64,000 nucleotides of DNA from Bugula neritina. Its lineage: Eukaryota; Animalia; Bryozoa. Below the pieces are notes generated by a model. The model was given only the letters and a program-made list of their open reading frames with translations. It made no database searches and was not told the DNA's origin. Made by a program: the position numbers and the translations under genes. The DNA lies in the NCBI GenBank assembly GCA_964035545.1, contig OZ037766.1, forward strand, positions 11,026,722 to 11,090,721, read 5' to 3'. The number at the start of each line of letters is the position of its first letter. Position 1 is the stretch's first letter. Positions 48,224 to 62,212 of this stretch are shown piece after piece.

Positions 48224-49325
48224 TAGAGGGCTAGCTGAACCACCCTGTAGGAGAGTTGAACCAGTTCCATTTATCTTATAATATAAATTGTTTTAGCTAT
48301 TTAGAAAACTGGAAAAATGATTTATTAGAGATTAGCCATAAAAACAGAATAAAAAAAAATAAATTACCATAAACAAATAACAGAAACTCTTGATGTGGTA
48401 CGTCATTGTAGTGTGTCAATATAGGCCCTGAATACACTTTAAAACCCAAGCAGCAGCAAACTAGTAGACAAGCTTTTAAAAGTTGTCTTTCTGTAATTCA
48501 TCCTGTTACATATATAAAGTGGGGTTTTCTCACATGCCATCAGAAAGTCTACTGCATGGTTGAGAGGACTGTTTAGGGATTCTCACATGATTTATGCTTG
48601 TCTTAGTAGCAGCATGCTTTATGCCACTGCCTTGCTTTACCATACTCATTGCTGTAGCCTAAGCTTTCCTTATCTACTCCTGTGTTTGTTTTTTGCATGT
48701 AATTTTACACCATTTCGAGAAAATTTGCAGAATATTTGAATTACACCATTGGTATAAAATTACATTTTCATTGTTCTAGGACTAAATATATGTTTGCATT
48801 TATATATGAAGGACGGCAGAAAAGTTTTAATTAAGAAAAAGATAAACTTAAATGCAAGAATTAGTGTGTCTAATTGTAATGAATGTAGTAAAAATAATGA
48901 GTGGGGCAAGTTGTACCTGGCTCGGCTGCCCCACTTTCACTATAGTTCAACTAGCTCCACACTGTCGTACTACAAATTATTGCAAGTATCTGCTGTGAGA
49001 TATCTCTGCAACTTTAGATCATTGCCCAGCTTTCTAATCATCTTGACAACACCTGCTTGAATTTACTTGAATGGCTATTAAAGTTTTATAAGCTATGCAA
49101 CTTTTTATAAAAAAAAAATTTTTAGTTTGCTCAGTTTTTATGCAAAAGTTGTGAAAAAATACTAGCTCACCTGAAAACTTCTACATTGATTCTATATATT
49201 TCAAAATGTCTGGCAATTGACCTAGGCAGTGCTTAAGCAGAGGAGGTAAAATAACCCGGTGATTTAAAGGAGAAAATATAGAGCATATGTGGTTCAACTG
49301 GCTCCATGGCTCAACTAGCCCCTAA
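48224..49325. mobile_element. Degenerate Tc1/pogo-like MITE remnant
   Basis: Imperfect inverted ends AGAGGGCTAGCTGAACC..GTTGAACCA / TGGTTCAAC..GGCTCAACTAGCCCCT and internal GGGGCAAGTTG. No clear TSD. Confidence 0.35.
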
Positions 49326-51658
49326 AACGTGTTCTTAGTTCATAGAAATCAGTTTTTTATTTGAGAAATATTTATCGTTATAGCTTTAATATATTTAACT
49401 TAATGTTCTCTTTCAATCATACACATTTTAAGAAATCAAAATATAACCCAAATTTCTAAAATGTAGGTCATAACTCATAAGGCCTATTTAGACAAAAAAT
49501 ACTTTTATTCATTTTTTCATTTATAAATTATTATAATGCTGCAAAAATACTTATTTTTTGTGAAAGAAAAAACTGATTGCTCTATAGTAAAAGGTACTTG
49601 TAAGCTAGATATGTGAAATCAGATTGGACATATATTATAGCCTCACAAAGCATTTATGCCTGCATTTTTACATAAAAACATAACAAAACATACATAACAC
49701 AATGTGGATCTTTGCTCCATGTTTTGACTAACTAATTAGGAAGATTCTTCAGAGTTTTTCTGAGTTCTCTACAATTGTTTGATGCTTGTAAACCACGCTC
49801 TTGTTCTATAGGAGCTTTAAATTAATACAATAACTTTGGGTAATGTTGTGCCCTGCTTCTCACTTATTGTGTAGTTGTTTGAATTTTTAATACTTGGTAG
49901 AGAATATAGATGTAACACAGAAGGCAGTTTAACTGGTGTTAATCGGCTCAGGCAGTCATACAACCATAGCCGTAATGGACCAACTAGAGACGATTCTAAA
50001 AGAATGATGAATCTGGAATCTGTGCTAATGTATGGAAGAAAACCTACAAACATGGCTACTGTTTGGAAGTGACATAATCGTACCGCTAGAATGTTTAAGA
50101 AATTATGCTATTGTTTTTTATATATTTTTTAATAGTTTATTTATTTTTAAAGGAGACTGTTTGCTAATTTATTGTGATGTTCCCCATTCTATATATACCA
50201 GCATTTTACTGATTTGAGCAGTTGATTTGTTTTAGAACCCTGACCAGAGCAACAACCACATAATTTATTTGTAAGCTTTTCTCATGTTCTGAAATTTGTC
50301 TAATTAATTGTCTAAAATATGATTTCTCAGCTGTAAGTTATTCAATAAATGTGCCCTTTTAGTATTAAAAATAGCATTGTCCTTCAATTTAAAGATCACA
50401 TATGCATTATCAATCCAAAATTTTAGATTAGTTTTAAAAAACCAATTTTTTATATCATCTGACTATATCAACATTCATGCTACTTGCTAAGTGGAACTAC
50501 AGACTAAATAGTGTCTCTTATGAAATAGAAAATAATTTATGTAAGATAGATCTGCTAATAACTATAAGATGAACAATTATTTTTGTTTCCCAGTACTTGC
50601 ACCTCACTCCAGAGCACAATTATGTTAGCTATATTATTGAATAGTCAGTTTAACCCACCAACTTCAATTTGCTTTGATATATAGATGCTCTATTAATATG
50701 CAGCAACACTAGTTTTGAAGATTAACCCCATTCAAATGTTATGCTTGATAATGGTTAACCCAACAGAATAATTTAGTATTAAAATATGGTGATACTAGAT
50801 TGCTAACATCACCTATATTATAGTGAAAAAAATAATGCTCACTCATTTATATCTCAGAATTAGGTCATATGCAGGTAATCCTGAATTATGGTGGCGGCAT
50901 GTGTCAATTATTTATGGATTAGCAGTAAGTAGGGCACAGTAATCTTCCAGAACCTTTTCAGTCTTTTTGAATAGAAAATAAAATAATTTGCATTAGCACA
51001 AAACATTTTATTGTACACCAGTATAAGTAACATCAAATCAAAATGAAAAAAGCTAGCCATCTGTTAGAGATTTGATTTTAATAGCAGAAAATATAATTGA
51101 TATATTTTAATGAACTACTCTTTATCACTGTACACAGTTGTATATAAAAATTGTATTTACAAAAAGAAATATAGTGCACTACTCTGTTGACGACAGCCAA
51201 TATTGCACATCATTGGCAGACTAGCTATGTTATACATATAACATCAGTCTCAATAAAATGTTTGATAAGGAACAATGACCTGTGAAGTTGAAATAAACAC
51301 ACCTTTCTTAAACAACATGAAAACCCCACAAATTATGCCTAATTCAACTCCTTTTGTGACAATCACATTAGATATTTTATTGAAAAAATAAACTGTATAA
51401 ATTTTGATGACTCTGAAAAATAGTATAAGGTTTTACGTACAAAATAAAATACTATCGTATTGATTACATAGAACAGAGAGAATTTGTGAATCAATGAATG
51501 TTCATTGATTAGGCTCTGTAGATCACAATCTTTTTAATACTTTCAGGATGATAGTCTATTTACAAATATAAAATTAACACTTTATAGATAAAATATATAT
51601 AATACCTCAAATTATGTACTGAGGTTTCAAAAGAAAATGCAACAATATTTAAATATAG

Positions 51659-53848
51659 CTATTCATCTAATGCACACTTCTGTAAATTAAGTTCATCAGA
51701 AAAGCTAGCTTGCTTAGGTAACTGGGAGGTGGTCAACCTCTGCTGGTTTGGGTTAGCTGTAGTCTCAGCGTCATGAGGTGGCAATGGAGAATCTACAGTT
51801 CTAGGGCTATCTGCTGTACCCACAGAATCTTTGTCTAAACTAGCTACGTCAATGTCATCCGAGCAGTCCATGGACTTTCCACCACCACGATATTCTAATT
51901 TACTTTTATAATCACTAAATGGCAAACCCAGAGACTGTTTAGCAGTTGGTCTATTCATATCTTGTTGATCAAGACTGGCATCCTGCCTTACTAAACTACG
52001 TCTCCTCATGTTCGCCATAGACAGTCCTGGAATTGGTACCTGAGTTGGAACATTGAAAATAGAAGTTGATGCTAGTGCATTGAATGCTTTTGGGGGTGAA
52101 TTCAAAGAGTCACCTGCATCAAAGCTAGCACCACGCTGATCTTCTACGCTGTCAGCGCTGGTTAGTGATGACCAAGCTCCCATATGGTGGCGACTGAAAT
52201 CAGAGCTATCAAAAGAACTAGATGTTGACCAGCTGCTTCGCCCAGTTGGATTTCTGATTAGATCGCTGGGATCTAGAAGGTGGCGGCTTGCCCACCTCAA
52301 ATCACCAGATTCGAAAGAGCTATCAAAACTATTGCCAGACATGCTTTCAGCTCTACTGGGCATTGAATCGGTGCTCTCGACACTAGAGCCAGATATACTG
52401 TCCTTGCAATACACCATGCCTAATCTACGCCTCTTCTTAGAGCCATCTTTGTGAATCCTCATGTGACGGGTTATCATGTCCCGTCTACAAGCAGCATATG
52501 GACATTCAGGGCACTGATATGGCTTCTCCCCAGTGTGGGTTCTTTTATGGGTGTTAAGATGATCACTCCGGCTAAAAACTTGGCCACACTCCTTACATTC
52601 ATAGGGTTTTAAACCTGTATGGAGTCGCATGTGCCTTGTAAGCATGTCTGACCGAGAGAATGACCTATTACATACTTTACACATGTGCACACGGTTGTTG
52701 TTGTCTGTTTTTACCTCAGTTGGTAAGTGCTTAGCAACATGTTTAGCCATGTTATCGAAACCAGGAAATGTTTGTTTACATATGAAACATTGATTTACCA
52801 AAGTTTGATTTACCCTGCTTTGCATTTGGTGCCATTCAAGGAATGCAGCAATATTAAAGCTATTAATCCCAGTAGATGGTAAAATATTTCCTGAATTTTC
52901 AGTCATGTGTCCATACAGATTAGCAGCCAGAGCTGGGTTGAACTGTAGATTAGATGATGAAAATGGAAATGGGGAACCTCTGTCTAGATCAATGCTGCCA
53001 TCTGTTGAGCTGGCAGACGGTACTTTAGGGTACATCATGCTGATTGGAGGTAATGGTATATAGTTGGTGCTAGTTACACCGTGAGAAGGTTGGTTTGATG
53101 TTGGTCGCTCCTGCTCTCTCCGATCTACCAGAGTATTTGGGGTTGTGCTACGATCTACCTTTGCCAATGGGGAAGATAACTCTTTAGAGTTATGTTGTAT
53201 CCGATCCAGCTGCATGTCACTGTGACTCAGCCTTTGCATTGAAACCAGCTGGTCAGGATTTAAATGGCAATGGTGAGCTATATTTTCATCAGAGTCAGCT
53301 CTATGTCTCCTATGCATTTTCCTAGCCCGTGCTTCAAACTTATCCCGAATGTCATTACTAGATTGGCAAATGGAAGTACTCAAGTCCAGAGGCTGTATTT
53401 CGGTGGGGTCAAATTCTAAGCCCCTATCTAAACTCTTTGACCGAATTTCAGCTACATCATTGTCTATTACAGATCGATAATATCCATCATCTTCACTGTG
53501 TCCTTGTTGTAAAAACCTGGCAGTTAAGTTCTTTTTGTAATTTCCAGGCTGATTGCGTAGGTCGACCATAGTTCGCTGGTTCGGACTCATGCTTGGTGAT
53601 GGGACATCTGCGTGGGGTTTAGTGCTCGTCTGACAGTTGAGTGTAATATCCTCGCTCTCGCACGGTGGCTCTATCTTTATACTAGGTACTCTAGTTGGCC
53701 GCCTCGCTTCATTGCCTCCGTCATCTGCCATTGGGGAAACCCTTCCTACGTCAGTCCCCGCCATCATTCTAATAATATACACATTACAGTATGCCATCAT
53801 TCTAATAATATTAAATGACATAAAACGGACGTTACTGTTACGCTTCAC
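51659..53848 (-). CDS. klu: Klumpfuss-type EGR/WT1-family C2H2 zinc-finger transcription factor, single coding exon (true start probably a downstream Met near 53767 or 53731)
   Basis: One divergent finger plus FSRSDMLTRHMRLHTGLKPY, GQVFSRSDHLNTHKRTHTGEKPY and CPYAACRRDMITRHMRIH, diagnostic of Klumpfuss. Also a CtBP-binding PLDLS. Confidence 0.88.
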   Translation of the reverse strand: MKRNSNVRFMSFNIIRMMAYCNVYIIRMMAGTDVGRVSPMADDGGNEARRPTRVPSIKIEPPCESEDITLNCQTSTKPHADVPSPSMSPNQRTMVDLRNQPGNYKKNLTARFLQQGHSEDDGYYRSVIDNDVAEIRSKSLDRGLEFDPTEIQPLDLSTSICQSSNDIRDKFEARARKMHRRHRADSDENIAHHCHLNPDQLVSMQRLSHSDMQLDRIQHNSKELSSPLAKVDRSTTPNTLVDRREQERPTSNQPSHGVTSTNYIPLPPISMMYPKVPSASSTDGSIDLDRGSPFPFSSSNLQFNPALAANLYGHMTENSGNILPSTGINSFNIAAFLEWHQMQSRVNQTLVNQCFICKQTFPGFDNMAKHVAKHLPTEVKTDNNNRVHMCKVCNRSFSRSDMLTRHMRLHTGLKPYECKECGQVFSRSDHLNTHKRTHTGEKPYQCPECPYAACRRDMITRHMRIHKDGSKKRRRLGMVYCKDSISGSSVESTDSMPSRAESMSGNSFDSSFESGDLRWASRHLLDPSDLIRNPTGRSSWSTSSSFDSSDFSRHHMGAWSSLTSADSVEDQRGASFDAGDSLNSPPKAFNALASTSIFNVPTQVPIPGLSMANMRRRSLVRQDASLDQQDMNRPTAKQSLGLPFSDYKSKLEYRGGGKSMDCSDDIDVASLDKDSVGTADSPRTVDSPLPPHDAETTANPNQQRLTTSQLPKQASFSDELNLQKCALDE

Positions 53849-56800
53849 CAGTCAATAAATGCTAACACTTGACAGAGTGCAGGCGCATTGCACAATATTT
53901 ATAAATAATTTGAGTCACGTAGCAATGGTGACATCAAATGCATCTCCAATAAGCTTGTGTGGGCGGAATAGTGCTATTTCTAGAAACAACTTAATAAAAA
54001 AAACTTACTACTTGGAAAGTGGAAGATCTTAATTAAAGGATCTCAAAATAACCCAACGGCACTCTTCTAAAAGAGATACTGTGTAAAAAAATTCTATATT
54101 CACCACCAAACGTCTCATCCATTGACAAGTTCAGATTAAGAATATTATTTTCTGTTAGTTTTTCAACTAGTAAACCTGGGTCTAATGTCAAAAAGCAAAT
54201 TTATCTTCAGATATTGATAAGCTGTCATGATTAGGTAACCAGGTGAATACCTTCTTTGAGAAAAGAACAAAAGAGACTAGCTGGACTACTAGAGTTTCTT
54301 CCAGTTGAAAGAAATACACTGGAACACCATAACGTTACATAAGCACTACCTTTTGACCACTGCTAAGGCAGTTGAAGTGTTTTTCAAAGATCAAAGGTAA
54401 TAAGCAGTGACTTGCTAGATGAATAATTATTGGAGTCTTTTAAAAATTAGATTGTGATTCTTATCAACAACTTATGGCGTAATTAGCTAATTGCACTGCT
54501 AGATAGTTAATGAAGTAGCCAAGACTAGTTGCTTTTATTTAAAAATGATTTTTTTTTGGCTTCTGCATTAACAATAAGCAATTCTTTCAAATTTACATTT
54601 CAGTGCTTCCTCATTGCAATACTTCAATGCATGAAAAGACAATTCCACTGATTAAATTGTGAGAGATAGTAGAGTTGTAAAAAATTAGGATTTTGTAAAT
54701 GTTATGCATAATAGAGAAAGCATGCTGCTAGTAAAATGTCAACAATTAAATACCTAGAATTTGCCCAGTAAATGGGTGTAAGTCACAAAAAGCGCAACAG
54801 TGACATTTACACAGGCTAGGGAGTTGCCCCATCATTGAACAACTCTGCATATCTATTTACATCAGTGTTTGTATTTATGACTGATCAAAGTGAAAATATG
54901 CAAAATTTATGGAGGTTTCCTAATTCAACATTATCTAAAGAAAACCCCAAACTAAAATTATATTGATAAAAGTGAGGACATTATATAGAAAGGTGACCCG
55001 AAGCTGTTGAGGAGAAATTCTAAATAAAATTCATCAGTTTGATATGCCTGCTGATGTATAGCTAATTAATCAAATCCATGGTTTATATTAGTATTTATAT
55101 ATCTATAATAGATGCCCTTATTTAGCAAAGATTTGAATCATTGCAAACCCTATTAATATTTTGGGCCATTTTTTCTATATTAAAATGCTATTTTTAAACA
55201 ACTTTCCCAGTGGATTTAATACTGAGTTTTCAATAGTATCTGACATTTAAACATGTTATTGAGTGGTTGCTTTGACGCAAGTAAGGAGGAGAGTGGGAAC
55301 AGATAGGACATGGTAATTAACTTCACTGGTGAATCACTATAACAAAAGAGATATGAACAAAAGTGAAAATCGAAAGGTAATCAATAAGGTGATCTAGAAA
55401 AAGGCCAGAGTATATCACTACAGTTCAAAGCTTACAACAGCTCCTCCAGTTGACTGCTAGAAACTAGAAAGTGGTAGCTAACAAGTTGTCTAACTGAGCA
55501 GTACCAAGTCATTGTGAATAGTTAATCAAAGCTGAACCAGCACCTTAATACTAATACTAAATGAAACTGCACTGCAGTAATATATTTACAATCTAAATCA
55601 TCCAGTAATTATGTATAGTCCAGCTAGATGTAAAGATAATTATCACAATTGAGTTGAAAATGTAAACAGAACCTGAATTGCGGTATCCAGAAGATTGGGT
55701 GGTCAAAATATAGATTCCCAATACTTCACACAGTCAAAGAAACAGCTCGTAGGGCAGATATGTAAAGCATATACTAAAGTTAGTTAATAATCTCCTGGAA
55801 TCTCCTGGATATATGAACTCCTCAGTTTTATAGCACAACAGTCAATAAGCAATATTCTTTACAGCTCAAGTTGACCGATTTTTTTAATTTGAAAAATAAA
55901 TTATTTAAATCCGCAAACATTTCAAATTCTATGAATACTAACAACTAAAACTATTTTTACAAGTTGAATTTTTAATACTGTTAGGCTACAATTCTAATGA
56001 GTGAGTGATACTCACTACGCGCTAACCCTGCCTAGTCGTACTGGATTGTTTAAAAAATAACTAGTTTTAAGGCTTACTTACACTGGATCAACAGTGTCCC
56101 GGAGTCTATGTTTAGAAATAGTGACAGTGAGACTACTTTGTACTGCCAAGTACTTTATGATAGCACGGATTCTGACAATAAACACCCACAGGGAGGCTAA
56201 ATGTCCGTTGTTATCAATCTATTATTAGTTGTCGTCACACGTCATAAGTTTTACAATCCTAATCTAATGCCATGACAACTGGGTATATGATTAATCATTA
56301 TGACGTGTAAGCCATAATGTTATATTATGGCAAGTAGGTGGCTTGTAGGAGGGAACTAGCCCGTAGCAATAGGCAAAATAACAACCCACAGCCTAGTTAA
56401 ATAACTAATATCCTTCTACCGTAGTCAACAGCACAGGTTTGCCTTTAGAGGAGCTGAGCTAGGTTTTATTTGTGTTTCTTTAAATAAATAAACTTGAAAA
56501 TTCATTAAGCTGAACCCTGGGTAGTAAAATCAGACTAAAACTACCAGGCAGATATCAAGTAGAACTAGTCAGCTAAAACTATGCTGATAAAAGTGGCCCC
56601 AACACTTCACACACCTTTGAGAGAGCACAGGCTAACTTATTAGATGCTTATCATCTAAGGTGTGTGACTGAAAGTTCAAAGATCTATCTAGTAAATATCA
56701 GTATCAGTTTGAGTGGCCAAGTTCAACTAGTTAACTACAAGTCATAATTACATAATTTTAGTTGAGTTTTTGTGACTCCCAACTGTATTATTCTGCTCCA

Positions 56801-59800
56801 ATGTTAGAAATTGCACTACCACATCACAATTTACCAAAGAGAGCCATTGAGTAGCTGCTTGTTGCACGCAAGAATCTTGACCATGAAGCAGAATGAAACC
56901 TTGAAGGAAATCCTGATATGCAAAGAGTTCAACCATTTTCAATTGAAAAACTATTATTACTCGCCTCATTGCTTGCCAGTTGGCAGTTACAACTAGACCA
57001 AAATGTGTGGGCAACTACAATGATAGACAGTTGCTAAATTCAAGGAGGGGGGATACAGGGTGGGGAAGTCATCACTCAATATTTAAAGGAGTCTATTCTG
57101 TAACCTTTACTATATAATATTACAGAGCATATATTCTATAGGATATATTATATAGTACAGAGTATATACTCAATAGTATCATTATTATAGAATATAGACT
57201 ATAGAGTATAAAACGTGTACCCAGCCAGCACTAGACACAAATGTATTCAAATATCACAGTTATTAACATTGGATGCTTCAATGCAGGGCAATTTTCCAAA
57301 ACCAGCCAAATTAAAAAAGTCCTAAAGCTATTTAAAACATGAAAATAGAGCAAACTTGAATCTGGAGGTCTTAGATAAGCTTCAAGCACAGTTTGAGTTT
57401 CTGTACTTTAGGTATGCCGTATGGGAGACGGGACTAATTAAAAATCGAATTAAGTTAGATCAACTAGAACTTACCCTGTCTACACATAGCTAGTAGACTA
57501 AATGGCATGAATTACTATTTAATCTCCAAAGTTGAGGTGACTTAATGAATATTCCTTAAAAGATTGGCGCTGGCTACTGGTGAACATATGTACAAGTATC
57601 CTATGCCTCACAACCGTAAAGTAGGAGAAAGAAGAGCTTCAGCCAGTCTTGGATGCCGAGTAGACAGCAGTTAAATGCTGACTGCAAACACCCACATGGC
57701 TTCATAAGGCTGTTGGCATAATAATCAATATTACATGTACGCCTATGCAACCTGTTAGTAGTTGCCGTTGCCCATTACGATGTTATGAATATTATAATCC
57801 ACAGCTATTGAATGAAAGTGCTCCCAGGAAATCAAGCTGCATGAGCTCAACACCCACACAGATAGGCTGCACTACCGTATAACCCGTCCTATTCATCATT
57901 CTTCCGATTCATAAACATTCCCTTTTACACACTATACAGTATACGGTGTTGTGCAATTTTTACATTTTAAAAATCTGGATGAATTTCCTAAAGAGAAAAG
58001 TTTAAACAAAACCACATCCTATTAAGTTGAGATAAAGGAATGTTTTTTATAAAAGGCGCAAACAATATTCAGAACATTACAGCTGATTTGAACAAGTAAA
58101 TGTAATTGATAACATTTATCGCTTACGCCTACACTACCACGCATCTACAGCGAGAACTACAGTTGACGGGTATTAGCAGGTCCCCTCGTAGCAATACGGT
58201 TTGGGTAGAACGTAGGTCTATGTTGAGCGCAATAATACACTCCTACATTATTGGATTGAAAGAGTATGTGGGAGTTGAACTAAGAGACCTCCTGCCAAAA
58301 TACCTAGGAGCTAACGTTGCGTTCTCGCATTAGTTACTAAGTTGAGCTGGCATTTTATGGCAACTACTAGTTAGTATTACGATTGCCGTAGAGTGTAGAC
58401 TATCAGGCCAGCATTATTACTAACGAACAACATCATTTTGAGAAGTACTATAAATTAGCCAGGTTTAAAGACAAGTATAGATGTAAAAGAGTTTGTTTCA
58501 CATCATTCTATAGTATACTCAGATGAAGATTATAATAAAACAACGGCACCCATCTCTCTACAAACTCAATGTGACATGATTTTATGATCTTTAAAGCCTT
58601 ACAGGACATGAAATATAAAGAAGAGATATGACTGTGCTAGACTGGAATCCACCGGAATATAAACTAGGCTGAAACTGCTTCAGCAAAATGGTGATTTAAT
58701 TAATGACTAATGTTGACAACAGATGTAACAGCCTCCTATATGGAGCTTGGAGACTCATTTAGTTGCACAAGCCATATGCAAGGTTTCAAAGTAGCCTGTC
58801 AAACTGTCAGTGATACAACTGCTCAACCTAGCTAACCAGAGACTTTGTCTTCTAGTTTAAAATGCAACACATTCTTTCCACTTCCAGAATATTAAAATCA
58901 AATTAGCAACAAGAATTTAGATTTTTTGTAACAAGAGCACTTGCTTTCTAGGATGTCAATAAATAGGCAAAGTTATAGTGTCAGTAGTCTAATTGATATA
59001 TTTTTAATAACCTGTATTCAATATTTTATAGCAAGTCTAGTGAGTAGCCCATAGCTAATGCATAAATTCCAATGCTGTAAAACATTATGTTCTTTTAACT
59101 TTAGTGACCCTAGTAGATATATGTATGAACTGAAATAAAACAACTGCCAGTAAACATGAGTCTAAGCTTTGGCGCTAACAAAACATGTCAACTTGTCTTT
59201 GAAACCACTCTCATATGTGAACAGACCTCCTGAATTTCAAAGCATCATAATATTGTATTGGAACACGTTTGCAAATGAACCCAGCCCTAAACTCTAGCGC
59301 ACAAATATATTATTCGCATAAAATTACAGTTTGGTGTGACAGAAGTCTATGATGCAAGCGTGGACAACTGGACAACGACGTCACTTCCATCCAGGCTGGG
59401 CAACATGAAAAGAATAAATTGAACCAGAGGACCCTTAAAACTAAAATGCAAATTTTATGATTTCTTTGCAGAAAGTAGGTGGAGTGAATACATAAAACAG
59501 GATTCACTAGTTGACCTACAAACCTCATTTACTACCAAATATAACGGCAGAACACCAGGCTTTACTATGAATATTTATGGCTAATAGAGTATTAAAAGTG
59601 AGAATAACTCTGTCAGCTAAAACTTTAAGTAAGAGCACTTAAAAAAACTGGTGACATTAACTATTGTACTATTGTGAAGGGTAGACAGCTAGGACAGAGT
59701 TAGACTCTGGGTACATAATTAAACTATTACCTAAGTGATAAGCATAGCTTACTTGTGGATATCTCCCAAATTCCTTCTAATTCTTCTATCAGCGTTTCTA

Positions 59801-61106
59801 CTAGTCAGACTAGGGGAGCATCTGTCTGTAAATAGTGGACATGGGCATTAGAAAGGTGGGCAATAACAATGCTATACAAAACAGTATGCTTTGGAAGGAG
59901 CAGATTTATTCACCATAAACTAAAAGCAAAAAATAAGATCATTGGAAAAATCTAAGGAAAAAGTTGAAGTCATTAGTTACATCAGGTTATTCAAGCTACT
60001 TCAAAGCTAAAAGATAAGGCTTTGATACAGGGTTTTAGCATTGACAGTTTATTGGAAAGTAACATCGTGGAAGCCACTTTGTTTGATCTGAGTGGTAAGG
60101 AAACTTGCCTACTAGGAGCTAATTATCATAAACTTAAGAAAAATGCTAGTTGATTCAACTAGTGCACTTGGATGGACTAGGTAGGCTACGGCCATTTAAC
60201 CCATTTAACGCTGGGCTCTTGCAACACTACACTCTTTGTACATAAATACTGTGGATTCAAACAATAAGGCTATATAGGCAATAAATTAAAACTACTCCTA
60301 TACTCGACTACTGAAAGAAAGCACAGTGCCATACACTACGTTTCCATTATCGCATTTTTTCATTCGCTCCATGGAACTAGTTGCATCGAAGCAAAACCGC
60401 AGCCTGATATTCAATATATCAGCTCCCTCCATGAAAAATTTCCTTAGTATTATGCCGATGATGGAAATGGTTCCTTCAGTTAAACCGAATGAAACCTTTT
60501 GTGCCAAAGGCAGAGATCAGCATTTGTGGCGACTAATTACATAGTTACTCCATGCAAACAATAGTTATAAGTTACAACCTACCCGAAAGTATACTTCGAC
60601 TCATAACAATTCAAATTATTTTATTTATCTTAGCTGCTAATATTTAAAATAATTACCTATCATCCTAAATTTATAAAACTTTTCTGTAAACTAAAAATAA
60701 GTTGACAGCTATTTTCATTTTGAAAATTTAAATTAATCTTAGTCTTAAGCTTAAATTTACCGATCACAAAATAATTTATGCTTTCATTGGTTTATGCTTT
60801 TTTAATTTAAAATAAACTAACTCAAAGTTTGTGTATTTAATTATTATAATCTATCAAAAATGGAGACAAAAGAATTAAAAAATTATCATTGTGCATGAAC
60901 ATCGACTCATAGTTGGTCATATTAATAATTATCATTTTAGTTCAGCCGTCATAATTGCAAAAAGAAGATAACTTCATACGGATTGCATAGGAACATGTGG
61001 CTTTCCTTCGATGTAATCCATACGGGCATCCAATGACAGAAATGAGCAGTTCTGACTGAAAAAATTTTTTTCTTGAAATTTAAATTCTGCTACTATGACC
61101 CTTATG

Positions 61107-61320
61107 AGCAGCTGGTTTTTAGGGCTTAGAGCACTGGGCTTAGTAAACACGAATTCATGGCTCGAACCCCAGTAAAGGCCGTTGGTGATGTTAGGAAGAG
61201 CATGCAGTCATAATTGCTCCTGCGCCCCCATCTGAATAGGTCCTTAGCCTGACTTAACAAAAAACTTTTCCATCAGGGTCTTCTCACAGGGATGACAACT
61301 ATAAACTTGTGTGAGTTTTA
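61107..61320 (+). mobile_element. tRNA-derived SINE, diverged copy
   Basis: Shares TTGGTGATGTTAGGAAGAGCAT..ATAATTGCTC and TTCTCACAGGG..ACTATAAAC..TGAGTTTT with 46700-46840; B-box-like GGCTCGAACCC. Confidence 0.7.
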
Positions 61321-62212
61321 TTAGGACCATTATATTCACTCCCAATTGTCAATATTTCCAGTGAACTGACACAAAATAATGGAATATAATTAATAATCAA
61401 GACTATTGGCAATTTTCAGAAATTTTTGAACAAATTAAAATATGTTAATACAAAGTTTTTTATTCTGATTTTCAGAATATAATTCAAACTTAAATTTTGT
61501 TAGAACAATGTCCAACCCTAAAGATAAAAATTGGTAACTACTAATTTATTATTACCCATACTCTCGGAACATATTTGAATAGATTGTCATTGCAGATAGC
61601 CATAAAACCTTTACATTCTTTACTAGAAGAAAAATTAACCAACCTTTTATTCATTAACTGCCTCTATTTCAACTATTCCAAGCCATATAATGTAAGTCAA
61701 TTTATTAAATTTTATTTATACATATTTGATTGAAAGGGCTTATATTATTCATATAAATTGCATCTGTGATAAATAAGACAAAGTTTTCAGACCTATTGAA
61801 GATATGATAATAATGTTTTAACCTTGTTTCCTTACAGGTTTCTGAATGATTCAAGAGGTAGATGAGATTGAAATCGATCGAAGTTGTCGTAAGATTTACT
61901 CCAACATTTTTATACTTACTTCCATCAAAATAATTATTGTTAAATGCTGAATTTAATTTTTACCCAATAAATACAACGGTAACATTTTCTCTTGGTGCCA
62001 TCATATTATATGAAAATAAAAACACATCATTTTGACATTGATATTTTATTAAATTATGAAAACGTCAACAGTAGTTGGAACTAGTAAACATGGAGATAGT
62101 TGAAATTATGTAGAACTGAAGTCATGCTATTATCAAGGTCAGTATAACCATGCTTAGGTGATGACCTGTTAGTAGTCTGCAATCATCAAATTAGTCTGCA
62201 ATCATCAAATTA

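Larger units (their letters stand above)
43866..50110 (+). pseudogene. Possible decayed spliced gene (exon-like blocks 46983-47069, 47254-47348, 47724-47777, ~49901-50100)
   Basis: AG/GT-bounded blocks translate to GNMGTNYHNEVLRLARVIERKQLARSAFE, ESFGNDEVNTQKVLHEITQKRAIDE and YELLNMLTAWRDE. Neighbouring blocks have in-frame stops and a phase mismatch. No family recognised. Confidence 0.3.
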
